DNA of 56,088 nucleotides from a bacterium. Its GTDB lineage: Bacteria; Patescibacteriota; Minisyncoccia; UBA6257; GWB1-50-10. Under the pieces are notes generated by a model. The model was not told where the DNA came from, ran no database searches, and saw nothing but the letters and a program-made list of their open reading frames with translations. The position numbers and the translations under genes are program-made. Below, one piece after another: positions 10,067 to 20,123 of the stretch (position 1 is the stretch's first letter; every line of letters starts with the position of its first letter). Location: the NCBI GenBank assembly GCA_021812365.1, contig JAKANQ010000003.1, positions 1 to 56,088 of the forward strand, in the 5' to 3' direction.

Positions 10067-10217
10067 CTTTGCTCCTTTTCTAGTGAGTGTTGTTAAGAGA
10101 CTTCTCACATTTTGTCATTAAATATATCGTTTGTCAATGTTTGTTTGACAAAACCTTCATTAATGCGTATTGTTAACACACTTACTTAAACAAAAGCCTC
10201 GCGCGAGGCATTTTTAT

Positions 10218-12056
10218 ATGGATTCAATACGAAAAGACATCAGAAATATCGCGATCATTGCGCACGTCGACCATGGCAAAACAACTCTCGTTGATGCGCT
10301 TTTAAAGCAATCCGAAAATTTTCGTTTGAAGGCGGATGAAGATAAGGATCTGATCATGGATTCGAATGAGCTTGAGCGCGAGCGCGGTATCACCATCTTC
10401 TCGAAGAACGCGTCCATTCATTATAAAGGCGTAAAAGTGAACATTGTTGATACGCCCGGACACGCTGATTTTGGCGGTGAGGTTGAGCGCATCATGCGCA
10501 TGGTGGATGGTGTTTTGCTTCTTGTGGACGCAAAGGAGGGGCCGATGCCTCAGACAAAATTTGTATTACGCAAGGCAATTCAAGCGGGTCACAAGGTTAT
10601 TGTGGTAATAAATAAAATAGACAAGCCTGACGCGCGTCCCATGTGGGCACTCGATCAGACATTCGACCTTTTCATTGAGCTTGGCGCATCTGATGAGCAG
10701 TCGAATTTTCCAGTCATCTACGCGGCAGGGGCGCAAGGTAAGGCGGGCATTACCCCCGAGCTTGAAACGATGAAAGATGTGGACGTGCTTTTTGAGGCTA
10801 TCGTGAAGCATATTCCTGGCCCCAAAATATCGGAAGTGAATCCATTGCAGATGCTTACGGTGAGCTTGTTTTATGATAATTACAAAGGAAAGATAGCGAT
10901 TGGCCGTTTGTATTCAGGATCATTGAGAAAGGGAATGAGGGTGATGCACGTGAATCGCCAGGGTGAGATGAAGAAGGTTGAGATTTCCTCAGTGCTCGGC
11001 TTCGAAGGAATGAAGCGCGTTGAAGTGGATGAAGTGAGTGCGGGAGATATTGTGGGGATTGGTGGAATCCCCGATGTTTCTATTGGTGAGACCATCACCG
11101 ACATTGAGAACCCAATGCCGTTGCCTCCGATTGAGATCGATGAGCCTACCATCAAGATGGTATTCGGCGTGAACACTTCCCCTTTCATGGGAAAAGAAGG
11201 ACAGTACACCACTTCGCGTAATTTGCGCGAGCGGTTGATGCGTGAACTTGAGACCGATGTCGCGCTTTCCGTGACGGCAACTGATTCTCCCGATAAGTGG
11301 ACGGTTGCGGGGCGCGGAGAATTGCACCTCTCCATCATCATCGAGAAGATGCGCCGAGAAGGATTTGAACTCGAAGTTTCAAAACCTCAAGTCATCTTTC
11401 ATGAAGCGGAGGGAAAGAAGAAGGAGCCTGTTGAGCTCGTGTCATTCGAGGTCCCCGAAGAATTCAGCGGCACTGTCATTGAAATGATGGGGCGAAGGCT
11501 TGGTATCATGAAAGATATGCGCGTTGATCGAGGGACGACGCACATGGATTTCAATGTGCCGACACGCGGCCTTATCGGAATCCGCAACGCTTTTCTTACC
11601 AGCACCAAGGGGAGGGGTATCATGAACAGCATCTTTTTGGGTTATGAAGATTTCAAAGGCGACTTGCCGCCGGAACTTCACGGCTCGCTTGTGTCTTCTG
11701 ATACGGGAGATTCGAATAGTTACGGCCTTATCACCGCGCAAGGCAGGGGTAAGCTTTTCATCGGACCTGCGGTTCCTGTATATGAAGGAATGGTGATAGG
11801 ACAGAATGCAAAAGCGGAAGACGTCATCGTGAACATTTGCCGCGCAAAAGAATTGACCAATTTTCGCACCAAGAACTTTGGAATTCAGGAAACGCTGGAT
11901 GTGCCGAAGGAGATGGGACTTGAAGATGCGCTTGATTATATTGCGGACGATGAACTCGTTGAGGTTACGCCCAAGAACATTCGCATTCGAAAGATATTTT
12001 TGAAGGAATCGGACCGTAAGAAGTTCGAGCGGGAGGCAAAAAATAAAGTGGAATAG
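10218..12056 (+). CDS. typA: Translational GTPase TypA/BipA
   Basis: [52 protein letters not shown]. Confidence 0.97.
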   Translation: MDSIRKDIRNIAIIAHVDHGKTTLVDALLKQSENFRLKADEDKDLIMDSNELERERGITIFSKNASIHYKGVKVNIVDTPGHADFGGEVERIMRMVDGVLLLVDAKEGPMPQTKFVLRKAIQAGHKVIVVINKIDKPDARPMWALDQTFDLFIELGASDEQSNFPVIYAAGAQGKAGITPELETMKDVDVLFEAIVKHIPGPKISEVNPLQMLTVSLFYDNYKGKIAIGRLYSGSLRKGMRVMHVNRQGEMKKVEISSVLGFEGMKRVEVDEVSAGDIVGIGGIPDVSIGETITDIENPMPLPPIEIDEPTIKMVFGVNTSPFMGKEGQYTTSRNLRERLMRELETDVALSVTATDSPDKWTVAGRGELHLSIIIEKMRREGFELEVSKPQVIFHEAEGKKKEPVELVSFEVPEEFSGTVIEMMGRRLGIMKDMRVDRGTTHMDFNVPTRGLIGIRNAFLTSTKGRGIMNSIFLGYEDFKGDLPPELHGSLVSSDTGDSNSYGLITAQGRGKLFIGPAVPVYEGMVIGQNAKAEDVIVNICRAKELTNFRTKNFGIQETLDVPKEMGLEDALDYIADDELVEVTPKNIRIRKIFLKESDRKKFEREAKNKVE

Positions 12057-12065
12057 CGGAATATG

Positions 12066-12103
12066 AATTCAGCCCATCTATAAAAGATGGGCTGAATTTC
12101 TTT
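12066..12103 (+). terminator. Intrinsic terminator after typA
   Basis: AATTCAGCCCATCT-ATAAA-AGATGGGCTGAATT then TCTTTT. Confidence 0.75.
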
Positions 12104-12151
12104 TATAATACTACACATTTCGCTTATTTGAGGTGGTGGTATAATGAATCA

Positions 12152-12480
12152 ATGAAGATAGAAATATCGTGTACGAATGTGGACTTAACGCCGGCATTTC
12201 GCGAATATATCCTTGAAAAAATGGAAGCGTCTCATGACGCGGTTCGGCGTTTTGAGGAGGGGGGGGGCTTAGCCTCTTCTTCAAGATAGCAAGGACGACA
12301 AGGCATCTTCATGGGGACGTGTTTGATGCTGAAGCGATACTTCAGCTTCCCGGCAAGATGATCCACGTGAAGAGTACCGGCTCCAACGCGCGCGCCGTGG
12401 TTGATGACATTAAGGATGAGTTGAAGATAGAACTGCGAAAATATAAAGAGAGATTTGTTGCAAGGACGGCAAAAAAATAA
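12152..12480 (+). pseudogene. raiA: Ribosome hibernation factor HPF/RaiA, frameshifted in a G9 tract (absent from the ORF track)
   Basis: Initial frame MKIEISCTNVDLTPAFREYILEK...RRFEEGGG stops at 12287-12289; the -1 frame continues LSLFFKIARTTRHLHGDVFDAEAILQLPGK...VVDDIKDELKIELRKYKE to TAA 12480; G run 12259-12267. Confidence 0.8.
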
Positions 12481-12499
12481 AAAAGCTTCACCGTACCAT

Positions 12500-14059
12500 A
12501 TGAAAAAATCAAAAAGAAAATATATCTGGCTCGTCGCAATATTAGCCTTGCTCTTGGGGGCGGGCATCGCATGGGCGCGATTTCAGAGTAAGCCGAAGTA
12601 TGAGACCGTAAATGTTACGCGCGGTGACATCGTTGAGAATGTTTCGGTAACGGGCCGAGTGAAGCCCGTGGACAGCGTCGACCTTGCGTTTGAGAAGGGT
12701 GGAAAGGTGAAAGAGGTGGATGTGCAGATAGGTGACAGGGTTATCGCGGGGCAGCAATTGGCTCGCCTTGATTCAACCGACCTTTCCGCGCAGCTTTTGC
12801 AAGCTGAGGCGAATGTTGAAACCGAACAGGCAAAACTTGATGAATTGAAGAAAGGCACGAGGCCTGAGGAGATTTCCGTGAAGCAGACTGAACTGAAAAA
12901 AGCGGAACAAGATCTTGCGAATCTGTATTCCAGCGTGGGAGATATTTTGAATGATTCATACGCGAAAGCGGATGATGCGGTTCGCTCGAAAGCGGACCAG
13001 CTTTTTGTGAATGCCGACTCCGACGCGCTTCAGCTCGTGTTTCAGGTTTCCGATTATCAGACGCAGATCGACGCGACTAATTTGCGGAGGTCATGCAGCG
13101 TTGAGCTTTCTGCGTGGAAGAGCGAACTTCTTTCAATATCTTCAACCACAACGCCAGCGGATCTTGGTACGCTCATGAAAAAAGCAGAGAGTCATCTTTT
13201 TGTGGTGCGCAGTTTCTTGGCGCGCGCATTTGACCTCGTGGATAATGCTGTTGGTCTTTCTGCGGCCAGCATAAGTACGTATAAGACGAATATCGGGCTT
13301 GGAAGAGACGCCGTGAATCTTGCAATTTCCGCAGTGACGGGGCAGGAGCAGGCAATTGCCGCGCAGGTAGTGACGGTGGAACGCATAAAAAATGAACTCG
13401 CGTTGGAATTGGCGGGGTCCACGCCCGAGAGTATCGCGGCGCAGAACGCGCAGGTGCAACAAGCGGTAGCGAATGTTTCCTCAATCAATGCGCAGATCGC
13501 AAAGACGGTACTTTTCGCTCCTATTAGCGGCATTGTGACAAGACAAGATGCAAAGGTTGGCGAGATTGCCGGTCCGAATGTGCCGCTTATTTCGCTTATG
13601 ACGGAATCAAATCTTGAGATAGATGCGAATGTGCCCGAGATCGATGTAGGAAGGATTGCGGTGGGGAACAGCGTTTCCATCACCCTCGACGCCTTTCAGG
13701 GAGAAACATATACCGGAAAGGTTTCTTACATTGATCCTGCCGAGACTGTCATCGATGGCGTGGTCAATTTCAAGGTGACTGTGCTTTTTGATCAACCAAA
13801 TTCGAAGTTTCGCAGCGGTCTTACCGCAAACCTTGATATTGCGAGCGCGAAGAAAACAGACACGCTTCTACTTCCCGAATTTGCCATCATCGAGAATGAC
13901 AGCGGAAAATTCGTTCGTATTTTGAATGCAGATGGTACAACGAAGGATATTCCGGTAAAGACGGGATTGCGCAGCAAGGATGGATTCGTTGAGATAACTG
14001 ATGGCGTATCCGAAGGAGAATCCGTGGTCAATGTTGGCCTGAAAACATCGGCGAATTAA
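12500..14059 (+). CDS. MacA-like periplasmic adaptor (membrane fusion protein)
   Basis: N-terminal TM, GRVKP...LAFEKGGKV, long coiled coil, APISGIV, VPEIDV, GLTAN. Confidence 0.9.
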   Translation: MKKSKRKYIWLVAILALLLGAGIAWARFQSKPKYETVNVTRGDIVENVSVTGRVKPVDSVDLAFEKGGKVKEVDVQIGDRVIAGQQLARLDSTDLSAQLLQAEANVETEQAKLDELKKGTRPEEISVKQTELKKAEQDLANLYSSVGDILNDSYAKADDAVRSKADQLFVNADSDALQLVFQVSDYQTQIDATNLRRSCSVELSAWKSELLSISSTTTPADLGTLMKKAESHLFVVRSFLARAFDLVDNAVGLSAASISTYKTNIGLGRDAVNLAISAVTGQEQAIAAQVVTVERIKNELALELAGSTPESIAAQNAQVQQAVANVSSINAQIAKTVLFAPISGIVTRQDAKVGEIAGPNVPLISLMTESNLEIDANVPEIDVGRIAVGNSVSITLDAFQGETYTGKVSYIDPAETVIDGVVNFKVTVLFDQPNSKFRSGLTANLDIASAKKTDTLLLPEFAIIENDSGKFVRILNADGTTKDIPVKTGLRSKDGFVEITDGVSEGESVVNVGLKTSAN

Positions 14060-14772
14060 TGATACATCTTCATAACCTGGAAAAAACATACTCCGAGGAC
14101 GGAGAAGTGACAAAAGCGCTTCGCGGCATTTCCTTTGATATTAAGAAGGGAGAATTCGTCGCCATTATGGGGCCCTCCGGTTCCGGAAAATCGACACTGC
14201 TTCACTTACTGAGTTTTTTGGATAGGCCAACGGGCGGAACATACGTGTTCAACAATAAGAACGTGACTACGCTTACCGATTTTGAAATGGCCCACATTCG
14301 TAATGCCGAGATGGGGTTCATCTTCCAATCGTTTAATCTGCTTTCACGATTTAGCGTGTTCGAGAACGTGGCAATGCCGCTTATGTATTCTCCTCACGTA
14401 TCGGTGACGCATCGGAAGAAATTGGTTGAGCGGGCGGTGGCGAGCGTCGGATTGGAAGAGAAACTGTATTCGGAAGCGGGGAAATTATCAGGCGGCCAGA
14501 AGCAGCGTGTGGCGATTGCGCGAGCGCTTGTGAATGACCCTGATGTGATATTCGCCGATGAACCTACAGGTAATTTGGATTCCGTGTCGGGCGCGCAAGT
14601 TATGGGTATTCTGCATCAACTTCATGAGAATGGCCGCACGGTAATTTTGGTCACGCATGAGACGTACACCGCGCAGTTTGCGGACAGGCTCATTCATATC
14701 AAGGATGGTCTTTTGGAATCGGATGAGCCCATTAAAAAGTCGCGCAAGACAAAAGAAGAATTTTTCAAATAG
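14059..14772 (+). CDS. ABC transporter ATP-binding protein (MacB/LolD-like)
   Basis: [36 protein letters not shown]. Confidence 0.95.
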   Translation: MIHLHNLEKTYSEDGEVTKALRGISFDIKKGEFVAIMGPSGSGKSTLLHLLSFLDRPTGGTYVFNNKNVTTLTDFEMAHIRNAEMGFIFQSFNLLSRFSVFENVAMPLMYSPHVSVTHRKKLVERAVASVGLEEKLYSEAGKLSGGQKQRVAIARALVNDPDVIFADEPTGNLDSVSGAQVMGILHQLHENGRTVILVTHETYTAQFADRLIHIKDGLLESDEPIKKSRKTKEEFFK

Positions 14773-14773
14773 C

Positions 14774-16018
14774 ATGCGTATACGCGATTCGATAAAAATA
14801 GCGGTTTCGGGGGTCATTCACGCAAAGATGCGTTCGTTTCTCACGATGCTCGGCATCGTCATCGGAATCGCATCTGTTATCTTGCTTATGTCGATAGGGG
14901 GATCCGCGCAGGCGCTTATCATCAATCAGGTAAAGGGAATCGGTTCAAATTTGATATTCGTGATTCCCGGCGCGACGAAGAGCGGGCGATTTTCCGCGCC
15001 CGCGTCGACGCAGGGAATCATCATTAAAACGCTTGTGAGTGGGGATGTGGACGCACTTTCGAGAAATCCGGCGATTGTCGCCATCTCTCCCGAGGTGCGG
15101 GGGCAGGCAAAGATCGTGTATGGAAATAATGATACCGATGTTACCTATCTTGGAGTCGATAGCGCGTTCTTTCCAATGCGCAATTTTAATGTTACGGAGG
15201 GAAGTACCTTTTCTAGCCGCGACGTAGACGCATATGAGCATGTGGTGGTGCTTGGTTCGGAAACCGCAAAGACCTTGTTTGGCGGCTACAATCCCGTGGG
15301 TAAAACGGTTCGGCTGAAGGATGTGTCGTTCACCGTGATTGGCGTGCTGGAAAAAAAGGGAATTGGGGCTTTTGGCATCGATCAGGACAACATCGCCATT
15401 CTTCCGCTTAGCGTGGGACAGAAGCAGATGCTTGGAATCGATTACTATACGGATATTACGCTGCAAGTGAGCGACGCGTACAACGCTGATTTTGCAAAAC
15501 AGCGTGTTACCTCCATCATGCGCGAGAGTCATGGGATTACCGATCCCAACAAGGATGATTTTACCGTGCGAACGCAAGAAGACGCGTTATCCATGCTGGG
15601 AACGATAACTTCGGTGCTCACTCTGTTTCTCACTTCAATTGCGGCCATTTCTTTGATTGTGGGAGGTATTGGCATCATGAACATAATGCTTGTCGCGGTC
15701 GTGGAACGCACGAGAGAGATAGGACTTCGTAAGGCGGTAGGAGCCACCACTGGTGATATCATGCAACAATTTTTGTGGGAATCGGTCATTCTCACGATGC
15801 TTGGGGGACTTATCGGTATTCTCATAGGATCATTCTTTACCGTGCTGGTATATCTCGTGCTTACTTATCTTGTGAAGATGGATTGGGTATTTGTACTGCC
15901 TTCATCCGCTATCTGGCTTTCAGTGGGGGTTTCGACAATCACCGGAATCATATTTGGCCTGTATCCATCGCGCGAGGCCGCGCGGAAAGATCCGATTGAA
16001 GCATTGCGCTACGAATAA
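14774..16018 (+). CDS. MacB/FtsX-family ABC permease
   Basis: RSFLTMLGIVIGIASV, GGIGIMNIML..V.ERTREIGLRKAVGA, P.EALRYE. Confidence 0.95.
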   Translation: MRIRDSIKIAVSGVIHAKMRSFLTMLGIVIGIASVILLMSIGGSAQALIINQVKGIGSNLIFVIPGATKSGRFSAPASTQGIIIKTLVSGDVDALSRNPAIVAISPEVRGQAKIVYGNNDTDVTYLGVDSAFFPMRNFNVTEGSTFSSRDVDAYEHVVVLGSETAKTLFGGYNPVGKTVRLKDVSFTVIGVLEKKGIGAFGIDQDNIAILPLSVGQKQMLGIDYYTDITLQVSDAYNADFAKQRVTSIMRESHGITDPNKDDFTVRTQEDALSMLGTITSVLTLFLTSIAAISLIVGGIGIMNIMLVAVVERTREIGLRKAVGATTGDIMQQFLWESVILTMLGGLIGILIGSFFTVLVYLVLTYLVKMDWVFVLPSSAIWLSVGVSTITGIIFGLYPSREAARKDPIEALRYE

Positions 16019-16044
16019 GCTGCTTTTATACTGTCACTATACCT

Positions 16045-17331
16045 ATGAAGATTTCATCAATTCACGCACGCGAGATATTGGATTCGAGAGGCAATCCGAC
16101 CATTGAGACTGATATCATTCTTGAAGACGGTTCGATGGGGAGAGCGTCCGTTCCGTCGGGCGCTTCTACCGGTTCTCACGAAGCGCTTGAGCTTCGCGAT
16201 GATGATTCAAAGAGATTCAGCGGAAGGGGTGTGTTGAATGCGATACGCAATGTGAATATGGAGATTGCGGGCAATGTTGCGGGGAAGGATGTTGAGAGTC
16301 AGAAGGCTCTTGATGATGCGCTTATCGCGCTTGATGGCACCGAACATAAATCAAGGTTGGGGGCGAACGCCATCCTTTCCGTTTCCATGGCATTTGCACA
16401 CGCATCCGCTGCGTCACAAAAGCTGCCCCTCTTCCGATATGTGCACACGCTTTCGGAGGTTAAGAAGGATATCGTGTTGCCGCTTCCTCTTTGTAATATC
16501 ATAAATGGCGGAAAACACGCCGCGGGTTCCACAGATATTCAAGAATATATGATAGCTCCCATCGGATTTTCGGCCTTTCACGAGGCATTGCGCGCAAGCG
16601 CGGAGGTATTTCATTCGTTGAAGAACGTACTTGAATCCCATGGCTACGGAACCACTGTCGGTGATGAGGGGGGATATGCTCCGCATGTGAAGCGCGGAAA
16701 TGATGAAGTGTTGGAACTTGTCTCCGAGGCGATTCAGAAAGCGGGATATTCTTTGGGGACGCATTTTGTATTCGCGCTTGATGTTGCCGCCTCTTCATTT
16801 TTTTCCAATGGCGCATACCTTCTAAAGACGGAAGGCAAGGAGATGACGGAAGATGAGATGATCGCATGGAACGTCAATTTGGCTGCGCGGTTTCCTATCG
16901 CATCAATCGAAGACGGGCTTGCGGAAGATAGCTGGTCTGGTTGGGCTAAACTGACCGAAGCGCTGGGTTCCAAGATTCAATTGGTAGGTGATGACCTTTT
17001 GGTGACAAACACGCAATTTCTTGCGCGCGCAATCAGTGAAAAGGCGGCCAATGCGATTTTGATAAAGATGAATCAGATAGGGACGGTGACTGAAACCATT
17101 CAGGCGGTTGATATGGCGCATAAGGCGGGTTGGCATACCATCATCTCGCACCGTTCGGGTGAGACAGATGACAGCACAATTGCTCATCTTGCGGTCGGAC
17201 TTGGAGCTGGGCAGATAAAGTCAGGTTCAGTGAGCAGGGGTGAACGCGTGGCGAAATACAATGAGTTGTTGCGTATTGAGGAGATGCTCGGTAGCGAGGC
17301 AAAATACGCGGGAAATGTCTTTTTACGATAA
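16045..17331 (+). CDS. eno: Enolase
   Basis: REILDSRGNPT, VPSGASTG, GDEGG, GDDL, SHRSGET, GQIKSG, KYNELLRIEE. Confidence 0.97.
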   Translation: MKISSIHAREILDSRGNPTIETDIILEDGSMGRASVPSGASTGSHEALELRDDDSKRFSGRGVLNAIRNVNMEIAGNVAGKDVESQKALDDALIALDGTEHKSRLGANAILSVSMAFAHASAASQKLPLFRYVHTLSEVKKDIVLPLPLCNIINGGKHAAGSTDIQEYMIAPIGFSAFHEALRASAEVFHSLKNVLESHGYGTTVGDEGGYAPHVKRGNDEVLELVSEAIQKAGYSLGTHFVFALDVAASSFFSNGAYLLKTEGKEMTEDEMIAWNVNLAARFPIASIEDGLAEDSWSGWAKLTEALGSKIQLVGDDLLVTNTQFLARAISEKAANAILIKMNQIGTVTETIQAVDMAHKAGWHTIISHRSGETDDSTIAHLAVGLGAGQIKSGSVSRGERVAKYNELLRIEEMLGSEAKYAGNVFLR

Positions 17332-17336
17332 TCGAT

Positions 17337-17423
17337 ATGTTGAAACATTTTGAATTTGTCCTATTTATAGTGCTCGGATTTCTGCTTCTGTATGTGGGAT
17401 ATATGATGCTTGGAGCAAAATAA
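17337..17423 (+). CDS. Possible 28-aa single-TM peptide
   Basis: MLKHFEFVLFIVLGFLLLYVGYMMLGAK fills the eno-nth gap almost exactly. Confidence 0.4.
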   Translation: MLKHFEFVLFIVLGFLLLYVGYMMLGAK

Positions 17424-17429
17424 CGCTCA

Positions 17430-18071
17430 ATGCGTACCAACAAGGGAATACTCATACAGCAGAAAAGAGCGAGAAAGATAGTCTCAGCTCTTAAACGGCT
17501 TTACCCCAAACGCGGGACGTTTTTGAATTTTAAGAATCCATGGGAACTTCTTGTAGCGGTGATCCTTTCGGCGCAGTGTACGGATAAGAAAGTGAATGAG
17601 GTGACCAAAACACTTTTTAAGAAATATAGAACATTGGCGGCATACGTGAACGCGAATCCACGTGAGTTCGAGTCTGATATTCGTCCCACAGGATTTTACA
17701 GAAGCAAAACGAGGAATATTCTTTCGACTGCCCGCATTGTGCGCGAACGATTTGACGGAAAGGTGCCGCGGACCATGGAAGAACTTTTAACGCTTCCCGG
17801 CGTGGGAAGAAAGACCGCGAATATCGTGCTTGAGCTTGCATATGGTATTGTGGTGGGGATACCCGTTGATACGCACGTGCGAAGACTGGCGCGCGTATGG
17901 AACCTTACAAGCCATAACGACCCGAATAAGATAGAACAGGACCTTATGACGCTTATTCCTAAGAAGGACTGGCCCGGAATCTCATACCGCATGGTCGCGT
18001 ACGGACGTGAATATTGCCCCGCAAAAAAGCATAATCACGCCCAATGCCCAATTTCCAAGATTCGGTTATAA
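17430..18071 (+). CDS. nth: Endonuclease III (HhH-GPD), atypical C-terminal metal motif
   Basis: LLVAVILSAQCTD, LPGVGRKTAN, VDTHV; C-terminus YCPAKKHNHAQCP. Confidence 0.92.
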   Translation: MRTNKGILIQQKRARKIVSALKRLYPKRGTFLNFKNPWELLVAVILSAQCTDKKVNEVTKTLFKKYRTLAAYVNANPREFESDIRPTGFYRSKTRNILSTARIVRERFDGKVPRTMEELLTLPGVGRKTANIVLELAYGIVVGIPVDTHVRRLARVWNLTSHNDPNKIEQDLMTLIPKKDWPGISYRMVAYGREYCPAKKHNHAQCPISKIRL

Positions 18072-18078
18072 TAGATAT

Positions 18079-18966
18079 ATGAAATCGCATATCGTCGTTT
18101 TGGGAATGGGTGATATGGGCACCGCTCTCGCATCGCTTCTCAGGAAGAATAAGCACGGCGTAGATTGTTGGGACAAATCGTCCGGCAAGGTGAAAGGGCA
18201 AAAATCGCTTTTCGAGATAATTCCGCGCGCGGATATTTTATTTTTATGCGTTCCCTCATGGAGCCTTCCGAGTGTCATTAAGACGATTCATCCCTTTGTG
18301 CATAAAAAGACGGTTATCGTCGGCGTCTCGAAGGGGCTACAAGACAACAAGGAAACAACCTATGAACTTCTTTCGCGTTCATTTTTCGAAGGGCAGCCCG
18401 TGGCTCTATTCGGCGGCGCAATGCTTGCGAATGAGCTTTTGAAAGGCGCGCCGGGCGTCGGCGTGATTGCGAGCAGGAATGCCGCATTGCGAGACCGCAT
18501 TGCGGAGCTTTTCCATGGAACGAATTTGAAAGTTTCTGTTTCTTCCGATGTTCGTGGTGTTGCGTTGTGCGGCGTATTGAAGAATATCTACGCGCTTGGA
18601 CTTGGCATCGCAAAGGGAATCGGTTGGGGTGAGAACGCGCGCGCATGGTTTGCATTCGAATCAATAAATGAAATGGAGCGCATTGTGAAACTCTTGGGAG
18701 GAAAAAGCGAGTCGGTGTATGGTGCGGCAGGAGTTATTGATTTCATCGCTACCGGATTCAGCGAGTATTCGAAGAATGTTGAAGCGGGAATGTTGGTGGT
18801 CAAGAAAAAGAAGTGCGTGTCCGGAAACGAGAGTGCAGTCTCGTTCGATCCGCTCCTGAAACTTATCAAAGCGGACACTCATTCCTTTCCATTAGTGCGA
18901 GCGACATACCGCGCTGCGATGTGCAAGGAGGCGCCAGATGAAGCATTTCGCAAGTTATTGAAGTAA
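18079..18966 (+). CDS. gpsA: NAD(P)H-dependent glycerol-3-phosphate dehydrogenase
   Basis: VLGMGDMG, SKGL, GVALCGVLKNIYA.G.G; start at ATG 18079 after TATAAT. Confidence 0.8.
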   Translation: MKSHIVVLGMGDMGTALASLLRKNKHGVDCWDKSSGKVKGQKSLFEIIPRADILFLCVPSWSLPSVIKTIHPFVHKKTVIVGVSKGLQDNKETTYELLSRSFFEGQPVALFGGAMLANELLKGAPGVGVIASRNAALRDRIAELFHGTNLKVSVSSDVRGVALCGVLKNIYALGLGIAKGIGWGENARAWFAFESINEMERIVKLLGGKSESVYGAAGVIDFIATGFSEYSKNVEAGMLVVKKKKCVSGNESAVSFDPLLKLIKADTHSFPLVRATYRAAMCKEAPDEAFRKLLK

Positions 18967-20084
18967 TGCGCGGGACCTCGAAAAAGAGCGCATTTCGTAT
19001 CATTGCTCATCTTGATATGGATGCTTTCTTTGCGTCCATCGAAGAGCGGGATAATGAGCGATTCAAAGGACTCCCCATCGTTGTCGGCGCGGACCCCGAG
19101 GGCGGTAAGGGGCGCGGCGTCGTGTCGACCGCGAATTATAAGGCGCGGGAATACGGCATTCGTTCCGCGTTGCCCATCTCAAGGGCGTGGGAGTATTCAG
19201 AGAAGGCGAGAAAGGAGGGGAAGCTGCCAGCCGTCTTTTTGGGTGTGAATATGAGGCGCTACTCGGAAGTTTCACGCAACATTATGGCAATTGTGCGGCA
19301 ATACGCGAAGGAATGCGAGCAGGCGAGCGTGGATGAGATGTATCTTGATTTGAGCTATCTCGGTAGTTTCGAAAAAGCGAAGAAAATTGGCGAGGCGATA
19401 AAGAAAGAGATCAGAGATAGGGAGAACCTTTCTTGTTCGATGGGTATCGGCTCCAATAAGCTCATTGCAAAAATAGCATCTGATTATAAAAAACCGGACG
19501 GACTCACCATGGTACGAGAAAGCGAAGCTGAAGCATTTTTAGAACCAATGGGTATTAGGAAGATTCCCGGCATCGGACCGAAGACGGAGGCGGTGTTGAA
19601 TAAGAAGAATATAACCCTTGTGGGAGACATTAAAAAATATTCCTTGGGGGAACTGCGGGATATGCTGGGCAAGTTTGGTGCCGAGCTTTATGGGAGGGCG
19701 CGCGGATTAGATGATTCTCCGGTGGTGGAAGAATATGAGACGAAGTCGATAGGAGAGCAGGAGACATTTGCAAAAGACACGCACGACGCCGCTTTTGTAT
19801 CCGAGCGGATGAATGCGTTATGTAATTCCGTATTCAAAAGTTTTCAAGGGAGCGAATTTGGCCATTTCCGTACTATTGCCATCACCGTGCGCTTCTCCGA
19901 TTTTGAGACGAAATCACGTGCACACACCCTTTCAAAGGATGCAAATGATATTACCACATTGGAGTTTGAAGCGCTGAAACTCTTATTGCCGTTCTTTGAT
20001 TCGCGCGAAAATCCAAAGCATAAAGAAATTCGTCTAGTAGGAGTGCGTATTGAGAAATTGGAAGAATGTGTTCTTTCATTGTAA
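18966..20084 (+). CDS. dinB: DNA polymerase IV (Y family)
   Basis: HLDMDAFFASIE, ANYKAREYGIRS, SVDEMYLD, NKLIAKIAS..KKPDG, IPGIG. Confidence 0.95.
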   Translation: MRGTSKKSAFRIIAHLDMDAFFASIEERDNERFKGLPIVVGADPEGGKGRGVVSTANYKAREYGIRSALPISRAWEYSEKARKEGKLPAVFLGVNMRRYSEVSRNIMAIVRQYAKECEQASVDEMYLDLSYLGSFEKAKKIGEAIKKEIRDRENLSCSMGIGSNKLIAKIASDYKKPDGLTMVRESEAEAFLEPMGIRKIPGIGPKTEAVLNKKNITLVGDIKKYSLGELRDMLGKFGAELYGRARGLDDSPVVEEYETKSIGEQETFAKDTHDAAFVSERMNALCNSVFKSFQGSEFGHFRTIAITVRFSDFETKSRAHTLSKDANDITTLEFEALKLLLPFFDSRENPKHKEIRLVGVRIEKLEECVLSL

Positions 20085-20123
20085 TAATTTACCAATCGGC
20101 TTGATGGTATATACTATGAACAT

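Noticed and set aside
12232-12572. Minus-strand ORFs of 111 and 76 aa
   Set aside because: They overlap the frameshifted hpf gene, which explains the region far better.
14657-18078. N-terminal extensions in the ORF track for the permease (14657) and gpsA (18007), and likewise 12455, 25069, 27706, 47404 and 48281
   Set aside because: They overlap neighbouring genes or promoters; downstream ATGs match family N-termini and nearby -10 boxes.
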